Assembly: GCA_019056785.1 (NCBI GenBank)
Contig: DXJV01000068.1
Coordinates: 64,001-128,000, forward strand
From: Candidatus Heimdallarchaeota archaeon
GTDB taxonomy: Archaea > Asgardarchaeota > Heimdallarchaeia > JABLTI01
Reading direction: 5' to 3'
Length of the DNA stretch: 64,000 nucleotides
Both the position numbers and the translations under genes were made by a program. Positions 1 through 10,387 of the stretch are shown here, piece by piece. Every line of letters starts with the position of its first letter. The stretch's first letter is position 1. The notes beneath the pieces are model-generated. The model saw only the letters and a program-made list of their open reading frames with translations, did not search any database and was not told where the DNA came from.

Positions 1-1
1 T

Positions 2-496
2 CAACCGACAGCTGGGGAGTTAACATTATTCAAAAGAAATGTTACTCGAAACAATTATTCTTCTGCAGACCTTTTCGTCATTAGACCGAAAATTGGTTTT
101 TTATTTCAAAGTGTCTATCTACCAGAGAATTTAACAGTAAAAGAGTATTTGGAAGTTCAAACTTCGTTATCAAATATTGGTCTTATTTCTGCTAGAAGCA
201 AGTTCAATGAACTTCTAAGTCAATTTGGAATTTCTTCAATATTAAACTGTAAGCCATCGACTTTAAGCGGCGGTGAAAAACAGCGAGTTGCTTTGGTGGG
301 TTTGTTAGCCAGAGACATTGAGTTGCTTTTACTTGATGAACCAACGGGGTCATTAGATTATGAAAATCGTAAGAACCTTTGGGAGTTAATTTTCAAATTA
401 AAAAAGAAATTAACGATTATTGCTGTAACTCATGATGAATCTATTGTCTCTAAAGTGGATGTGCATCACAAATTAGATTATGGTCATTTGCTTTGA
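2..496 (+). CDS. ABC transporter ATP-binding protein (LolD/MacB-like), 5'-truncated by window edge
   Basis: Frame open from nt 2 (QPTAGEL...IGFLFQ); LSGGEKQRVA signature, LLLLDEPTG Walker B, VTHD H-loop. Confidence 0.9.
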   Translation, partial: QPTAGELTLFKRNVTRNNYSSADLFVIRPKIGFLFQSVYLPENLTVKEYLEVQTSLSNIGLISARSKFNELLSQFGISSILNCKPSTLSGGEKQRVALVGLLARDIELLLLDEPTGSLDYENRKNLWELIFKLKKKLTIIAVTHDESIVSKVDVHHKLDYGHLL

Positions 497-609
497 ATTA
501 GCCACTCTTGTTTTCAGCTTAAAAAAGACAAGAAAATTGTGTTTGTCAATAATTTTTTATAGGAACTTTTTTCTGTCCTTTTACCATCTTTACTCTTAGA
601 TGTGAGATT

Positions 610-1620
610 ATGACACACACAAAAGGGGCAATTGCTACTACAAGTTCTCATTCCGCCTTTTACAACATTATTCCTGGTGCTCTTGAGGAAGGTCTCGAGG
701 CATATGCTATCTGTTTCGACCGCGACTGGGCATTATGGTCGCAATATCCCAAGCTTCTTGAAAAGATTCATGTTATTCGAGTGAAACATTACAATGACGC
801 TGAGAAGATTGTAGGAGCATTCAATTCGATCGAGGAGGATGTAATTATTGTTCCCCACGGTTCCTTTGTGAGATATCTCCCGGTAAAGCACTTAAAACAA
901 CTAACCCACCCCATTTTTGGCGGGATAAAAATTCTAGGTTACGAAGGCGATAGAGATAAAAATGCCGCACTTTTACAAGAGTCAAACATTCTTACGCCCC
1001 GCATTTTCAAAAAGCCGGCTGAGATAGACCGGCCTGTCATGGCAAAACTTCATGGCGCTGAAGGCGGGAAAGGATACTTCATTGCTGCTAATAAAACAGA
1101 ATTTCTTGCAAAGAGCAAAGATAAACAGATTGATTTTATTCAAGAATATGTCAACGGTGTTTCTATTTATGCTCATTATTTCAGCTCACCACTTTACAAC
1201 CGATGTGAACTTCTCGGGTTTGACCGGCGATTAGAATCGAATGCAAATTCGCAATTTCTTCCGCCCTTTATTCCCCCAACTTTTACTGTGGTTGGTAATG
1301 TTCCAATTGTTGTTCGCGAGTCGCTTGTTCCTGAATTCCTGCGAATGGGGCAGAACTTCGCTGCGAAAACAGGCTTGGTTGGACCGTTTTGCCTCGAGAC
1401 AATTGTTACGCCGGACTTGAAAATTTACGTTTTCGAATTTTCCGGGAGAATTGTTGCCGGCACCACCGTTTGGGTTCCTTTTGGGAATACATATGCAAAC
1501 ACTCTTTGGGGCGAACCTATGTATATGGGTAAGCGCATTGCCCGCGAAATTAAGGAAGCTTTCAAGCGTGATAAAATCGCCAATATTATTGTTGATTCAC
1601 CTAATTTGGAGGAATTATAA
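610..1620 (+). CDS. purP: PurP-family ATP-grasp enzyme (formate-dependent AICAR transformylase-like), paralog 1
   Basis: SSHSA, PHGSF, GAEGGKGYF, VGNVPIVVRESL, GPFCLE, FEFSGRIVAGT, MGKRIAREIK motifs; purine cluster. Confidence 0.88.
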   Translation: MTHTKGAIATTSSHSAFYNIIPGALEEGLEAYAICFDRDWALWSQYPKLLEKIHVIRVKHYNDAEKIVGAFNSIEEDVIIVPHGSFVRYLPVKHLKQLTHPIFGGIKILGYEGDRDKNAALLQESNILTPRIFKKPAEIDRPVMAKLHGAEGGKGYFIAANKTEFLAKSKDKQIDFIQEYVNGVSIYAHYFSSPLYNRCELLGFDRRLESNANSQFLPPFIPPTFTVVGNVPIVVRESLVPEFLRMGQNFAAKTGLVGPFCLETIVTPDLKIYVFEFSGRIVAGTTVWVPFGNTYANTLWGEPMYMGKRIAREIKEAFKRDKIANIIVDSPNLEEL

Positions 1621-1623
1621 GAG

Positions 1624-2886
1624 ATGATTAAAAGAGTAGAAATGCAAGAAGTAGTTGAAAGTTACCAATCAAAACCAACTATCGTTATTTTTGGCAGCCA
1701 TTCTGCTATCGAAACGGGCTTAGCATCTAAAAAGATGGGGCTAAAAAATCTGGTTGTTGTCAAACGTGGGCGAGAGCGCCAGTATCTTGCTGAACAAAGT
1801 CATCTTTTTGATGAGGCAGTAGTTCTTGATGATTGGAAAGACATGCTCGAAGCATCTGTCATTAATAAACTCAAGAAGAAAAATGGTCTTGTAATTCCCA
1901 ATCGCTCAATGGTAGTCTACTTGGGCGCTGAGAATGTCGAGAACTCCTTGGACTTGCCGCTCTATGGCAGTCGTGCTATGTTGAAAACTGAGGATCGGAC
2001 GACAAATGAAAAAGCATACATCGATCAATACGGCCTTCTTAAACGGGCAGGTATTCGTACCCCTCGAGAAATTGATAAAAATAATTTAGGAATTGTTGGC
2101 ATAGACAAAGAGGTTCCCGTGGCCCTCGTCAAGGTCCAACAAGCAGGAAATCCTCTGGAACGAGCGTTCTTTTACATCACTTCTGAGGAAGACTATTACC
2201 GGCAAGCCAAAGCATTGAAAGAAAAGGGTTTGATTAATGATCAAACACTCGAAGAAGCAAGAATTGAAGAATTCATTATTGGCCCCTACTTTAATTGTAA
2301 TGGTTGGGCCTCAGGATTAATGAAGAGCAAAGCCACACCGTATGAAAGCCAAAATGGCATTTCTTGGTTGAATCTGGAAAACGATCCGTTTGAAAATCCG
2401 GCGACTGACTGGGATTTTGTTGGTTTTGGTCAAAGGTTACAAACGAACAGTAGCGGCTTTCTCCACTTGCCGGCAAAAATACAACTCCAAATTGGAGAGA
2501 AAATTAAGATAAAGAACGAAGAAATTGGTCATACAATGAGTACGATGCGGGAATCCAAAATGAATGAAGTTGTCGGCTCTATCCCGCAGTTTTTAAAGAC
2601 AGCCGAAGAAGTTTACCCGCCGGGAATGATTGGGTTATTCGGGCTACAAGGTGCTGTCCCCATAAATCCCAAGACAAACCGACCCGAATGGGTTGTCTTT
2701 GATGTAAGCATGCGTGTTCCTGGCGACCCTGCTATTGCCGCAAGCCCGCAAATGAATAGCTTAACAATAAAATATCAAAAATATTTACCAAAAGGTGTTA
2801 CCTACATTACTTCTCCCCTCGACCTTCCTATGATAGAAATTTTACAGGCTTTCAAGACCAATCAACAAACAAAGATTGTCACCTGA
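1624..2886 (+). CDS. purP: PurP-like ATP-grasp enzyme, paralog 2
   Basis: GSHSA, IPNRS, LERAFF, EEIGH, YPPGMIGLFGLQG, FDVSMRVPG motifs; starts 3 nt after paralog 1. Confidence 0.8.
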   Translation: MIKRVEMQEVVESYQSKPTIVIFGSHSAIETGLASKKMGLKNLVVVKRGRERQYLAEQSHLFDEAVVLDDWKDMLEASVINKLKKKNGLVIPNRSMVVYLGAENVENSLDLPLYGSRAMLKTEDRTTNEKAYIDQYGLLKRAGIRTPREIDKNNLGIVGIDKEVPVALVKVQQAGNPLERAFFYITSEEDYYRQAKALKEKGLINDQTLEEARIEEFIIGPYFNCNGWASGLMKSKATPYESQNGISWLNLENDPFENPATDWDFVGFGQRLQTNSSGFLHLPAKIQLQIGEKIKIKNEEIGHTMSTMRESKMNEVVGSIPQFLKTAEEVYPPGMIGLFGLQGAVPINPKTNRPEWVVFDVSMRVPGDPAIAASPQMNSLTIKYQKYLPKGVTYITSPLDLPMIEILQAFKTNQQTKIVT

Positions 2887-2952
2887 AATGCTTTGAATTA
2901 AAAGAAAAAACGAAGAGATGATAAAGTATCTCTTTTAAAAGAGATTCTAACT

Positions 2953-4842
2953 TTAGTCATCCTCTTTTTCTACATCAATGGGTATGTCCGGGATCTTGAA
3001 TTCTTCTTCGAGGTCTTCTTTCTTCTCCTCTTCTTTTTCCTCCTCTTTGACTTCTTCGAGTGTAGGCACTTCTGGAATCTTTAGCGTTTCTTCTTTAACT
3101 TCGGGTTCAGGCTCAACAGGCGGTTCTCCTTCAGGTTGGCTTAATGCACTTTCCTCGATTTTTTCCAGTTTCTCGATGATTTCTTCTTTTTCTTCTTCTA
3201 TCTCCTCTTGTTGCTCCAGATAGAACTCTGTTAACTCATCTTCGATTGTCTGAATGCCCTGGACCACTTGTTGTTTCAGAGCATCTTGCACTTCGATGAT
3301 GTCTTCTTGAAGTTCTCTTAGCTCTTCTCTTTTGGTCTGCAACGAAATCAGCGATAAAAGTTCTTCTTGAGTATCTCTAAGAGTGTGCCAATCCTTGTAA
3401 CGATCAAAGGGATATTGCAATTTTACTCGCGCAACAAGACGTGAGCTATCGCCTTCTATCCAGGTGCTTTTTGACCAAAGGTTCGTTATTTGCTGTTCAC
3501 CTTTGTGTTCTCTATTTCGAAGGTTCCAAAGAATCCGTAAGCGGTCAAAGGTTAAATGATGCATTTTTAACAATTCTTCTGCGCTTTTTTCTTCGAGTTC
3601 TTCCCAGAGGGCCATTTTTTCTTCCCAAGTTCTATTCCGCGACCAGACCATGAGTACAATAAACATTGGGATTACAATAAATGCTCCGATTTGTGATAAC
3701 AATTGATAGCCTGGACTTAAAGCTGTGAGATCCAGAATGGCAATATTAAATCGCGCAAGGATATAGAGTGTATAAGCCGCAATTACTATTATCCAGAGGG
3801 AAACATTAATGTAGATATTTGAAAAGAAACGAATGATAGGGCTTGGTTTAATATAGACCCGGAAGGCATGCCAAGAACGGTCGATAAGGAACCAGGGATG
3901 CTCTTTTCTCTCATCATCTGGCATAAAAGCAAGCTTTTCTTTGGGGACAAACATCGTTTTATAATGGAAGTAATCGAATTGTGCGCCGTCCAATACCCAC
4001 TCACCAGCATCATTCTTAACAAGGAAGATGAGTAATGGAGCATAGTCCATGGGGTGGGAGAAGCGTTCAACAAAGGATTTTTCACCCCTGAGATAGAAAT
4101 CTGCACCGATAAAGAGGATGATTATTCCAAGAAGCAAGGAAAGCCAAGCACTAATAGGTATCAATGCAAAGAAATCTGTTTTCCCGGCTATTTCTAAAAT
4201 GGCGTATTCCAATCCCGTCGTCCAGAAGAGTATACCCGGGACAACAAAACCCACCATACTATCAGGCACCGTTTTCCAATTTTTAATGCCAACAATGTTA
4301 CGTTTTATCATCCCTTCAAATACCGTCCAAATCCCTAGGCAAATGAAGAGGGTGCCAGCAACTAATAACATCAAATATTTAGTCAAAGAATCTGCTGGGC
4401 CAACGGGATAGAGTTCTGAAAACTGCCACAAAAAGAGTGTTGCGATGAAGAAAGGAACGCTTAAGAAAATAAACTGAAAGGGGAATAATTGCCGCGTCCA
4501 AAGAATAAAATATTGCAATGAAAGGGTTTTCGCTTGGGCCGGGCTGGAGGCATCTCCAATTACTCTGAAGAACGTTCCGCCGCCGATTTTCCAGCGCTTT
4601 AATTCAGTTTGTAATTCACGAGTTCGCATGGTTACTTTTGGGCGAAATCGGTGTTCAATCTCGAGAGTTTGATCTGTAAGGTCATAATTGTCTTCTTTTA
4701 GATTAAGATAAACTTCTGCTCCTTCTTCGGGGCGAAGTCTGAAGAGGGCTTTTTTAAGCGTTTCTGTTGGCCAATCATCAAGGCTGTCATAAAACACCTC
4801 TTTCAGATCCTTGATAGTTGGTTCTTGCTCTGTTTCTACCAT
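2953..4842 (-). CDS. Multi-pass membrane protein with coiled coil and very acidic C-terminal tail; possible Vps62/NPP1-like core
   Basis: 629 aa, ~6 hydrophobic segments, E-rich tail; starts 3 nt after purE stop. Confidence 0.75.
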   Translation of the reverse strand: MVETEQEPTIKDLKEVFYDSLDDWPTETLKKALFRLRPEEGAEVYLNLKEDNYDLTDQTLEIEHRFRPKVTMRTRELQTELKRWKIGGGTFFRVIGDASSPAQAKTLSLQYFILWTRQLFPFQFIFLSVPFFIATLFLWQFSELYPVGPADSLTKYLMLLVAGTLFICLGIWTVFEGMIKRNIVGIKNWKTVPDSMVGFVVPGILFWTTGLEYAILEIAGKTDFFALIPISAWLSLLLGIIILFIGADFYLRGEKSFVERFSHPMDYAPLLIFLVKNDAGEWVLDGAQFDYFHYKTMFVPKEKLAFMPDDERKEHPWFLIDRSWHAFRVYIKPSPIIRFFSNIYINVSLWIIVIAAYTLYILARFNIAILDLTALSPGYQLLSQIGAFIVIPMFIVLMVWSRNRTWEEKMALWEELEEKSAEELLKMHHLTFDRLRILWNLRNREHKGEQQITNLWSKSTWIEGDSSRLVARVKLQYPFDRYKDWHTLRDTQEELLSLISLQTKREELRELQEDIIEVQDALKQQVVQGIQTIEDELTEFYLEQQEEIEEEKEEIIEKLEKIEESALSQPEGEPPVEPEPEVKEETLKIPEVPTLEEVKEEEKEEEKKEDLEEEFKIPDIPIDVEKEDD

Positions 4843-4845
4843 GGT

Positions 4846-5283
4846 TTATTTCATCTCCAATTTAACTCTTAATCTTTTTCCGAGGTCGTCATTGTTGAGG
4901 GCAAGAATTCTAATTGCCAGGTGGGCAGCGTTTTTCCCATTATCTATACCCACTGTGGCAACCGGAATGCCCGAAGGCATCTGGACAATGGACAACAATG
5001 CATCCAGTCCGCCCAATTTGGCTGAAACGGGTACACCAATGACTACTCGTTTCGTTTTACTCGCACAAACACCTGGCAAGGCAGCGGCCAAGCCTGCAAT
5101 TGCGATTATCACTTTTGCAGGCGTTTTCGACAAATAGTCATCAAGTTCCTTGGCATTTCGATGAGCTGAAAGAACAACCGCCGTATGAGGGACTTCAAAT
5201 TCTTTCAAAATGGCGACGACTTTTTCAACAATCTCATTATCTGATTTCGAGCCAGAAATAATCGCTACAACTGGTTCCGTCAT
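4846..5283 (-). CDS. purE: N5-CAIR mutase / AIR carboxylase
   Basis: [37 protein letters not shown]. Confidence 0.96.
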   Translation of the reverse strand: MTEPVVAIISGSKSDNEIVEKVVAILKEFEVPHTAVVLSAHRNAKELDDYLSKTPAKVIIAIAGLAAALPGVCASKTKRVVIGVPVSAKLGGLDALLSIVQMPSGIPVATVGIDNGKNAAHLAIRILALNNDDLGKRLRVKLEMK

Positions 5284-5350
5284 AATTTTGTTTTCCTCGC
5301 CTTTTTTTTGTATCTTTTATTTGTTTTTTACTATCTTTTAACCTTTCTAG

Positions 5351-6280
5351 TTAATTCTTTCGTAAAAATTTCAATAACTCTCTTCTCGTTTGAGGGCCGC
5401 TTCTTGCGCCAATTTCTTGAATACAGATAGCTGAACAAGCAGCGGCAATTCGCCCCACCTCTTTAAGCGCTCTTTGACGGATGAGGCCATAAAGCATACC
5501 TGCTGTAAATGCATCACCCGCTCCGGTAGTGTCTCGCACCTGAACATTGAAGCTTGGGATCGTAAGGCGCTCTTTATAGGAAAAGAGCATTGCCCCCTCC
5601 TTCCCTTTCGTTACCGCAATAATTCTTCCTTTCTTCTCTCTGGCAAAATTACTGGCAACTTCTGAAATCTCTTCTTCAGTGCACCGGAATATCTGACCAA
5701 ATTCTCTCTGACTTGCAACGAGAAGGTTTGCATGTTGTGCCAGCCGGAAAGCACGGCTTGGGTTTTGGGCGATGAGTGCTCCTGGGCTAAGGGCAAAATT
5801 AATCTCAACCTCACTCTCGAGAAGGGCTTCGATGGCACTAACATTACGTAAATCTGAAAGGGAGACCCATTTAGCCTTCGAAAAGAACTCCACAGGCAAT
5901 TCTTCAGGTGTTATTGTGTCTGCAGCGCCACTATAAGCAAGAATAATTCGTTCACCACTATTATCAACACAAATGTAACAAGAGCCGGTATGTGTTTGCT
6001 CTGAAATAATTAATGTGTCATCAATATGCACTCCTTCTTTCTGCAAGTCATCACGTAACATCGTTCCGAAATAATCATTCCCAATTTTCCCAGAAAAGGC
6101 TGTTTTTAACCCTAAGCGACTACAAAGAACTGCCACATTTGCTGCCGCACCACCTGGAAGCATCTGAAATTCTCGGACAAAAGCCTCACTATCTTTTTCG
6201 GGGAATTCATCAACTTGAGCAATCATGTCAATTAATACTGCACCTATAGAAATGACATCATAGACTTCTGTCAAAGACAT
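5351..6280 (-). CDS. PfkB/ribokinase-family carbohydrate or nucleoside kinase
   Basis: PGGAAANVA, GKIGND, DTTGAGDAF. Confidence 0.93.
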   Translation of the reverse strand: MSLTEVYDVISIGAVLIDMIAQVDEFPEKDSEAFVREFQMLPGGAAANVAVLCSRLGLKTAFSGKIGNDYFGTMLRDDLQKEGVHIDDTLIISEQTHTGSCYICVDNSGERIILAYSGAADTITPEELPVEFFSKAKWVSLSDLRNVSAIEALLESEVEINFALSPGALIAQNPSRAFRLAQHANLLVASQREFGQIFRCTEEEISEVASNFAREKKGRIIAVTKGKEGAMLFSYKERLTIPSFNVQVRDTTGAGDAFTAGMLYGLIRQRALKEVGRIAAACSAICIQEIGARSGPQTRRELLKFLRKN

Positions 6281-6308
6281 TCACATCCTATTTACTTAAA
6301 AGACAAAA

Positions 6309-7766
6309 TCACTCTTTTAAAGTTCTTCTGTTCCTAAACTTTTCTCTTTTTCGTGAGGGGTTGATATCACTTGGTCTATTTGGCAGGGCGAAAAATATTG
6401 GCAAGAGGATAGTCATTCCGCCTATCAGAATAAACATCGGCGTAAGAAAGCCATAGGGTTGAGGGATCGCATCATACAAGAACCCGGCGATAAACCCTCC
6501 GGGAAGCCAACCTATTGAGCGGAAAATGGCAATTGAGTTATAGACCTTACTTTTCCGTTCACGATTGACGTTCGTGAAGAGAGCAATTGTTGAGGGAATC
6601 CACAAGGAGATTGAGATTCCCAGTAACACACGAGCGAGTATCATTATCCAATAAAACCAGGGGAAAAAGGTGAAACAAATAGACAAAATCACCCAACCCA
6701 ATCCGCAGAGCTCCGAAATAAACAAAAAAAGCTTTGCGCCATGCTTGTCGATGAACCGGCCAAAATACATAAACAATAAGACGGTTAAACTGGTGATCAT
6801 TGTTAGAAGGCTGATGTCTTTATCAGTAAATGCGTAGGGGCCAAATAGGTCTTCATCTTGCAGCCCCGCCCAGTGTACGCCCATGGCTATAGACCATAAA
6901 AAGGCGTCCAAAAGAAAGGCAAAGGAAACCTTCAAAACCCACTTGTTTTTAAAAGTCTCAACAAAGCCTTTGAAAAAGTTGCTCTTTGTTTGGGGGAGTA
7001 TTTTTTCGATGTGTTTTTCCGGTGCGGGTTCTTCCTCTTTAGGTTCTGCCGCCATTTGTTCCTTTTTCTCTTTTGTTTTTATTTCCTCTTTTAATAGCTT
7101 TTTTGACGGATCAGTTACCGTTGCGACCATTACTATTGCAATAATTGAATAGACTATTGCCCCATAGAGATAATAATAGGCACGCTCTTGATTGGTGTAA
7201 CTAACGCGCATAACATAGGTAAGAATGAAAATAAGTACTGCAATCAGCACCTCACCAAAGAGTCCAAAAAAGGAGATAAGGGAAGCAATCGCTCCTTTCT
7301 TTTTTTCTCCTGCTGTCTCTGTTAAAATAATATTCGCAGGTGATTCATTAATCGACAATGCTAAGCTTAAAATTAACGAAGCAAAGATCACCCAACCGAT
7401 GTGTTTTGGTGTAAAAATAAAGACTGTGAAAGCAACCGCCATGAGGATTTGACCAAAAACCCATGTGCCTTTATAGCCTATGAAACCATTTAAAAAATCT
7501 GACAGGATTAAACCCAAAACAGCTAAAATCGAAGCGACAGTTGCAACAATACCAAACAACTTTTCAGAATCTTTAATCTCGAGAAAATACAAGCTGTAAA
7601 AAATAAAGTGAATAATATTGGCTGAACTTACAAAAAAAGCGGAGATTGTTAGGAATTGAATATTGCGTTTTCTTTCCTTTTTTGTTAGCAACTGTATCCC
7701 GGCTGTAGGGTCCTCTTGCGTTTTCATTGCGAGTTCTTCATCTTTTAAATACTCAGCCATTTGCAA
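6309..7766 (-). CDS. MFS transporter
   Basis: ~12 hydrophobic helices as 6+6 around a charged loop; GRFIDKHGAK motif-A-like. Confidence 0.88.
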   Translation of the reverse strand: MQMAEYLKDEELAMKTQEDPTAGIQLLTKKERKRNIQFLTISAFFVSSANIIHFIFYSLYFLEIKDSEKLFGIVATVASILAVLGLILSDFLNGFIGYKGTWVFGQILMAVAFTVFIFTPKHIGWVIFASLILSLALSINESPANIILTETAGEKKKGAIASLISFFGLFGEVLIAVLIFILTYVMRVSYTNQERAYYYLYGAIVYSIIAIVMVATVTDPSKKLLKEEIKTKEKKEQMAAEPKEEEPAPEKHIEKILPQTKSNFFKGFVETFKNKWVLKVSFAFLLDAFLWSIAMGVHWAGLQDEDLFGPYAFTDKDISLLTMITSLTVLLFMYFGRFIDKHGAKLFLFISELCGLGWVILSICFTFFPWFYWIMILARVLLGISISLWIPSTIALFTNVNRERKSKVYNSIAIFRSIGWLPGGFIAGFLYDAIPQPYGFLTPMFILIGGMTILLPIFFALPNRPSDINPSRKREKFRNRRTLKE

Positions 7767-7858
7767 GTTCTCCTCAACTGCCCGGGAAAGAAGCTAAGAA
7801 AAGCTTCTAAGGAAAAATTTGTTCAAGGTTTAAATTTTTTCTCTTTTGTTTTCATAAC

Positions 7859-8842
7859 TTAGGTAAGCGAAGCTGCCTTTTGCCTTAGAATCTTTCTGTA
7901 TTTCTTCTGACGATTTAGAACATTCTGAAAATCTTCAGAATTGAGTTCATGAAGTAAATCATAAAATACTTCCCGTTGCGCCATTTCTTCTTCCGGGAGC
8001 CCCTTTATAAACTGCTCATAATCTGGAAATGATCGAAAAAGATTGATCAACCCCTCTATTGACCGACCGGAATAAGCGACCGTTGCAGGCTTCAAGGAAT
8101 ATTCATTCCCATTAAAAGAAACTGCAAGGCCACCATTGTCACGAACAAATTCAAGCATCTGGATGTCAGTAATACTATCACCAACAGCAATTGCTTCATC
8201 TGCCCTCTTTCCAAGAGAAGCCAAAATGTCTTTGACGTACTTACGCTTTCTTCCGCCACCACAAACGATTGTACGCTGAAAAAGTGCTCCGAAAGGCGAT
8301 TGGGGCATTTTTTCGAAGAAGAAACGGTCGAGTTCACTCTTCACAGCGGGTAAGCCTTCTCGAAGATATTTTGGAAAAATCTCTTCAAACAATTCATTTA
8401 AGAGACTTGTATCTTTTGGTTTGAGATGGAAGTCAAGGGTTGTACATCTGACATTCTCAATTGGATGAGCCAATTTTCTCGCAATAGTGTGAGCGTGTTG
8501 TGTATAGCTTGTAGAAATAATGTAAGCGGGGACTTTTTCCTCATGGAGATAATCGAACAATTTCTTAGCGCCGGGCGTTAGCTCTGCGTTCTGAGAAATT
8601 TCAAGCAAGAGCTCTTCATCCCCGTAAGAAACAATTATTGGTGCAATTAATTTGAGTGTATCTCCTGGCCAGTAATCTTTTTTTCTATCTACTAAGAAGA
8701 GCTCATCGTCATAAAGGCTGATCATTTTAAAAAGTTGATAGAAATCTTCTTGCTTTCCTAAGCTCTTGCCAATGGTCGCCAGCACATCGGCTGCGTGATC
8801 TATTGGGCAGAGCGGCCCTTCAAGGTCGAAAAAGATTATCAT
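7859..8842 (-). CDS. HAD-superfamily protein (COG4030/EhaR-like)
   Basis: FFDLEGP motif I, ISTSY motif II, VGDSITDIQML motif IV, SFNGN; start overlaps purD stop. Confidence 0.8.
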   Translation of the reverse strand: MIIFFDLEGPLCPIDHAADVLATIGKSLGKQEDFYQLFKMISLYDDELFLVDRKKDYWPGDTLKLIAPIIVSYGDEELLLEISQNAELTPGAKKLFDYLHEEKVPAYIISTSYTQHAHTIARKLAHPIENVRCTTLDFHLKPKDTSLLNELFEEIFPKYLREGLPAVKSELDRFFFEKMPQSPFGALFQRTIVCGGGRKRKYVKDILASLGKRADEAIAVGDSITDIQMLEFVRDNGGLAVSFNGNEYSLKPATVAYSGRSIEGLINLFRSFPDYEQFIKGLPEEEMAQREVFYDLLHELNSEDFQNVLNRQKKYRKILRQKAASLT

Positions 8843-10176
8843 AAAACATTCAACTCTTTAAGATGAGTGACTCGTTTTTGTATGAGTTCTTCTGTTCCGA
8901 CATCTTTTCGATGGAAGAGTGGGCCGTTTACGAAACTTGTTGCTTTTTCAGCTTTTTTCTCGGCTTCGCTTATGGACTCTGCAATCCCAACAATTGCTAT
9001 TGCTCTCGAGGTTGTGGTAATAATCTTTCCTGGTTCAATTTCATTTACTGAGGAATAGAACAATTCAACTTGTTCCTCTTTTATTTGTTCATAATTGATT
9101 TCAATAGGCTCTTCCTTTTTTGGCGCGACCGGATATCCTTCTGGAACCAGATATTTGCAAACGGTGGCTTTCTTTTCAAACTCTACTTTTATACTTGCCA
9201 AATCACCCTTTATCATTGCCATAAAGATATCGATTAAAGGTGTTTTCAAGAGTGGCAAGACATTCATTGCTTCCGGGTCGCCAAACCGAGCATTAAATTC
9301 GATGAGTTTCAAGCCCTTCGGTGTTAGCATAAAACCACCATAAAGAATGCCGATATATTCTTCTCCCGTTTCTTGCTTGATAGCTTTTGCAGTTTGTTTG
9401 ACAATTTCTAAAGCTTTTTGAACAACTTCGGCCGAGATGAATGGAAGAAGGTGGTCTTCCGCACTATAAGAACCCATACCTCCCGTATTGGGTCCTTTAT
9501 CTCCTTCATAGGCTCGCTTGTGGTCCTGGGCTATTGGTGTGGGAACAACTTGTTCGCCGGCAACAAAACATTGTAATGAGAACTCTTCACCCTCGAGTAA
9601 CTCTTCTATTACAACTGCTTCCCCTTTGTCAAACACTTCTTGACAGTATTTTATAACTTCCTCGAGATTCTTTAAGTGCTCTCCCATCAATTTTACGCCT
9701 TTTCCTCCGGCCAACCCGTCTCGTTTTACTGCCACCTTCCCAACAGCATCAACATATTTGGAAATCTCCTCGAGTGGTGTATCGGGCAGAAAAATCCGAT
9801 AGGCAGGGAGCCCGGCTATATTGTATTTTTGCATTAATTTTCTTGTAAAACTTTTTGATGATTCAATCTTTGCGGCTGCTTTTTTTGGCCCGATAGCCGG
9901 CACGCCCAATTCGTGTAAGAAGTCCACAATACCATCAGCCAAAGGGTTTTCCGGACCTATAACCGCCAATGCTGGTTGGACTTTCTTAACGAAGGCTTCT
10001 AAAGCTTGGAAATCATTCAATTTAGCAAGTTCAATGGCAGTTGCTAAACGTGCTATTCCGGGATTTTTGGCTTTCATAAAAGCGTAGAGTTCTAAATCGC
10101 TTTTTTTCAAGCTTTTGGCAATCGCATGTTCCCGTGCTCCTTGCCCCACAAGCAAGACTTTTATTTTCTCAGCCAT
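8839..10176 (-). CDS. purD: Phosphoribosylamine--glycine ligase
   Basis: GAREHA, GPENPL, DGLAGGKGV, QDHKRAYEGDKGPNTGGMGSY, EFNARFGDPE. Confidence 0.98.
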   Translation of the reverse strand: MAEKIKVLLVGQGAREHAIAKSLKKSDLELYAFMKAKNPGIARLATAIELAKLNDFQALEAFVKKVQPALAVIGPENPLADGIVDFLHELGVPAIGPKKAAAKIESSKSFTRKLMQKYNIAGLPAYRIFLPDTPLEEISKYVDAVGKVAVKRDGLAGGKGVKLMGEHLKNLEEVIKYCQEVFDKGEAVVIEELLEGEEFSLQCFVAGEQVVPTPIAQDHKRAYEGDKGPNTGGMGSYSAEDHLLPFISAEVVQKALEIVKQTAKAIKQETGEEYIGILYGGFMLTPKGLKLIEFNARFGDPEAMNVLPLLKTPLIDIFMAMIKGDLASIKVEFEKKATVCKYLVPEGYPVAPKKEEPIEINYEQIKEEQVELFYSSVNEIEPGKIITTTSRAIAIVGIAESISEAEKKAEKATSFVNGPLFHRKDVGTEELIQKRVTHLKELNVL

Positions 10177-10387
10177 CTTTCTTATCTCTCACAATCCATT
10201 TGTGTTTTACACTACCAACTTCCTCTTTAAAATTTTATTCTCATTTTAAAACCACCTTCACCTTAAACTAAAAAAAGGAAGAAAGAATTGGAAAAGTGAA
10301 TTTGAAATTAGTGCTTTTAGTGTCCTTTAGAGATAGGTGTTGTTATTAGTTGGGATGTTCAAGTATTAGTTACACCAACCATCTGAG

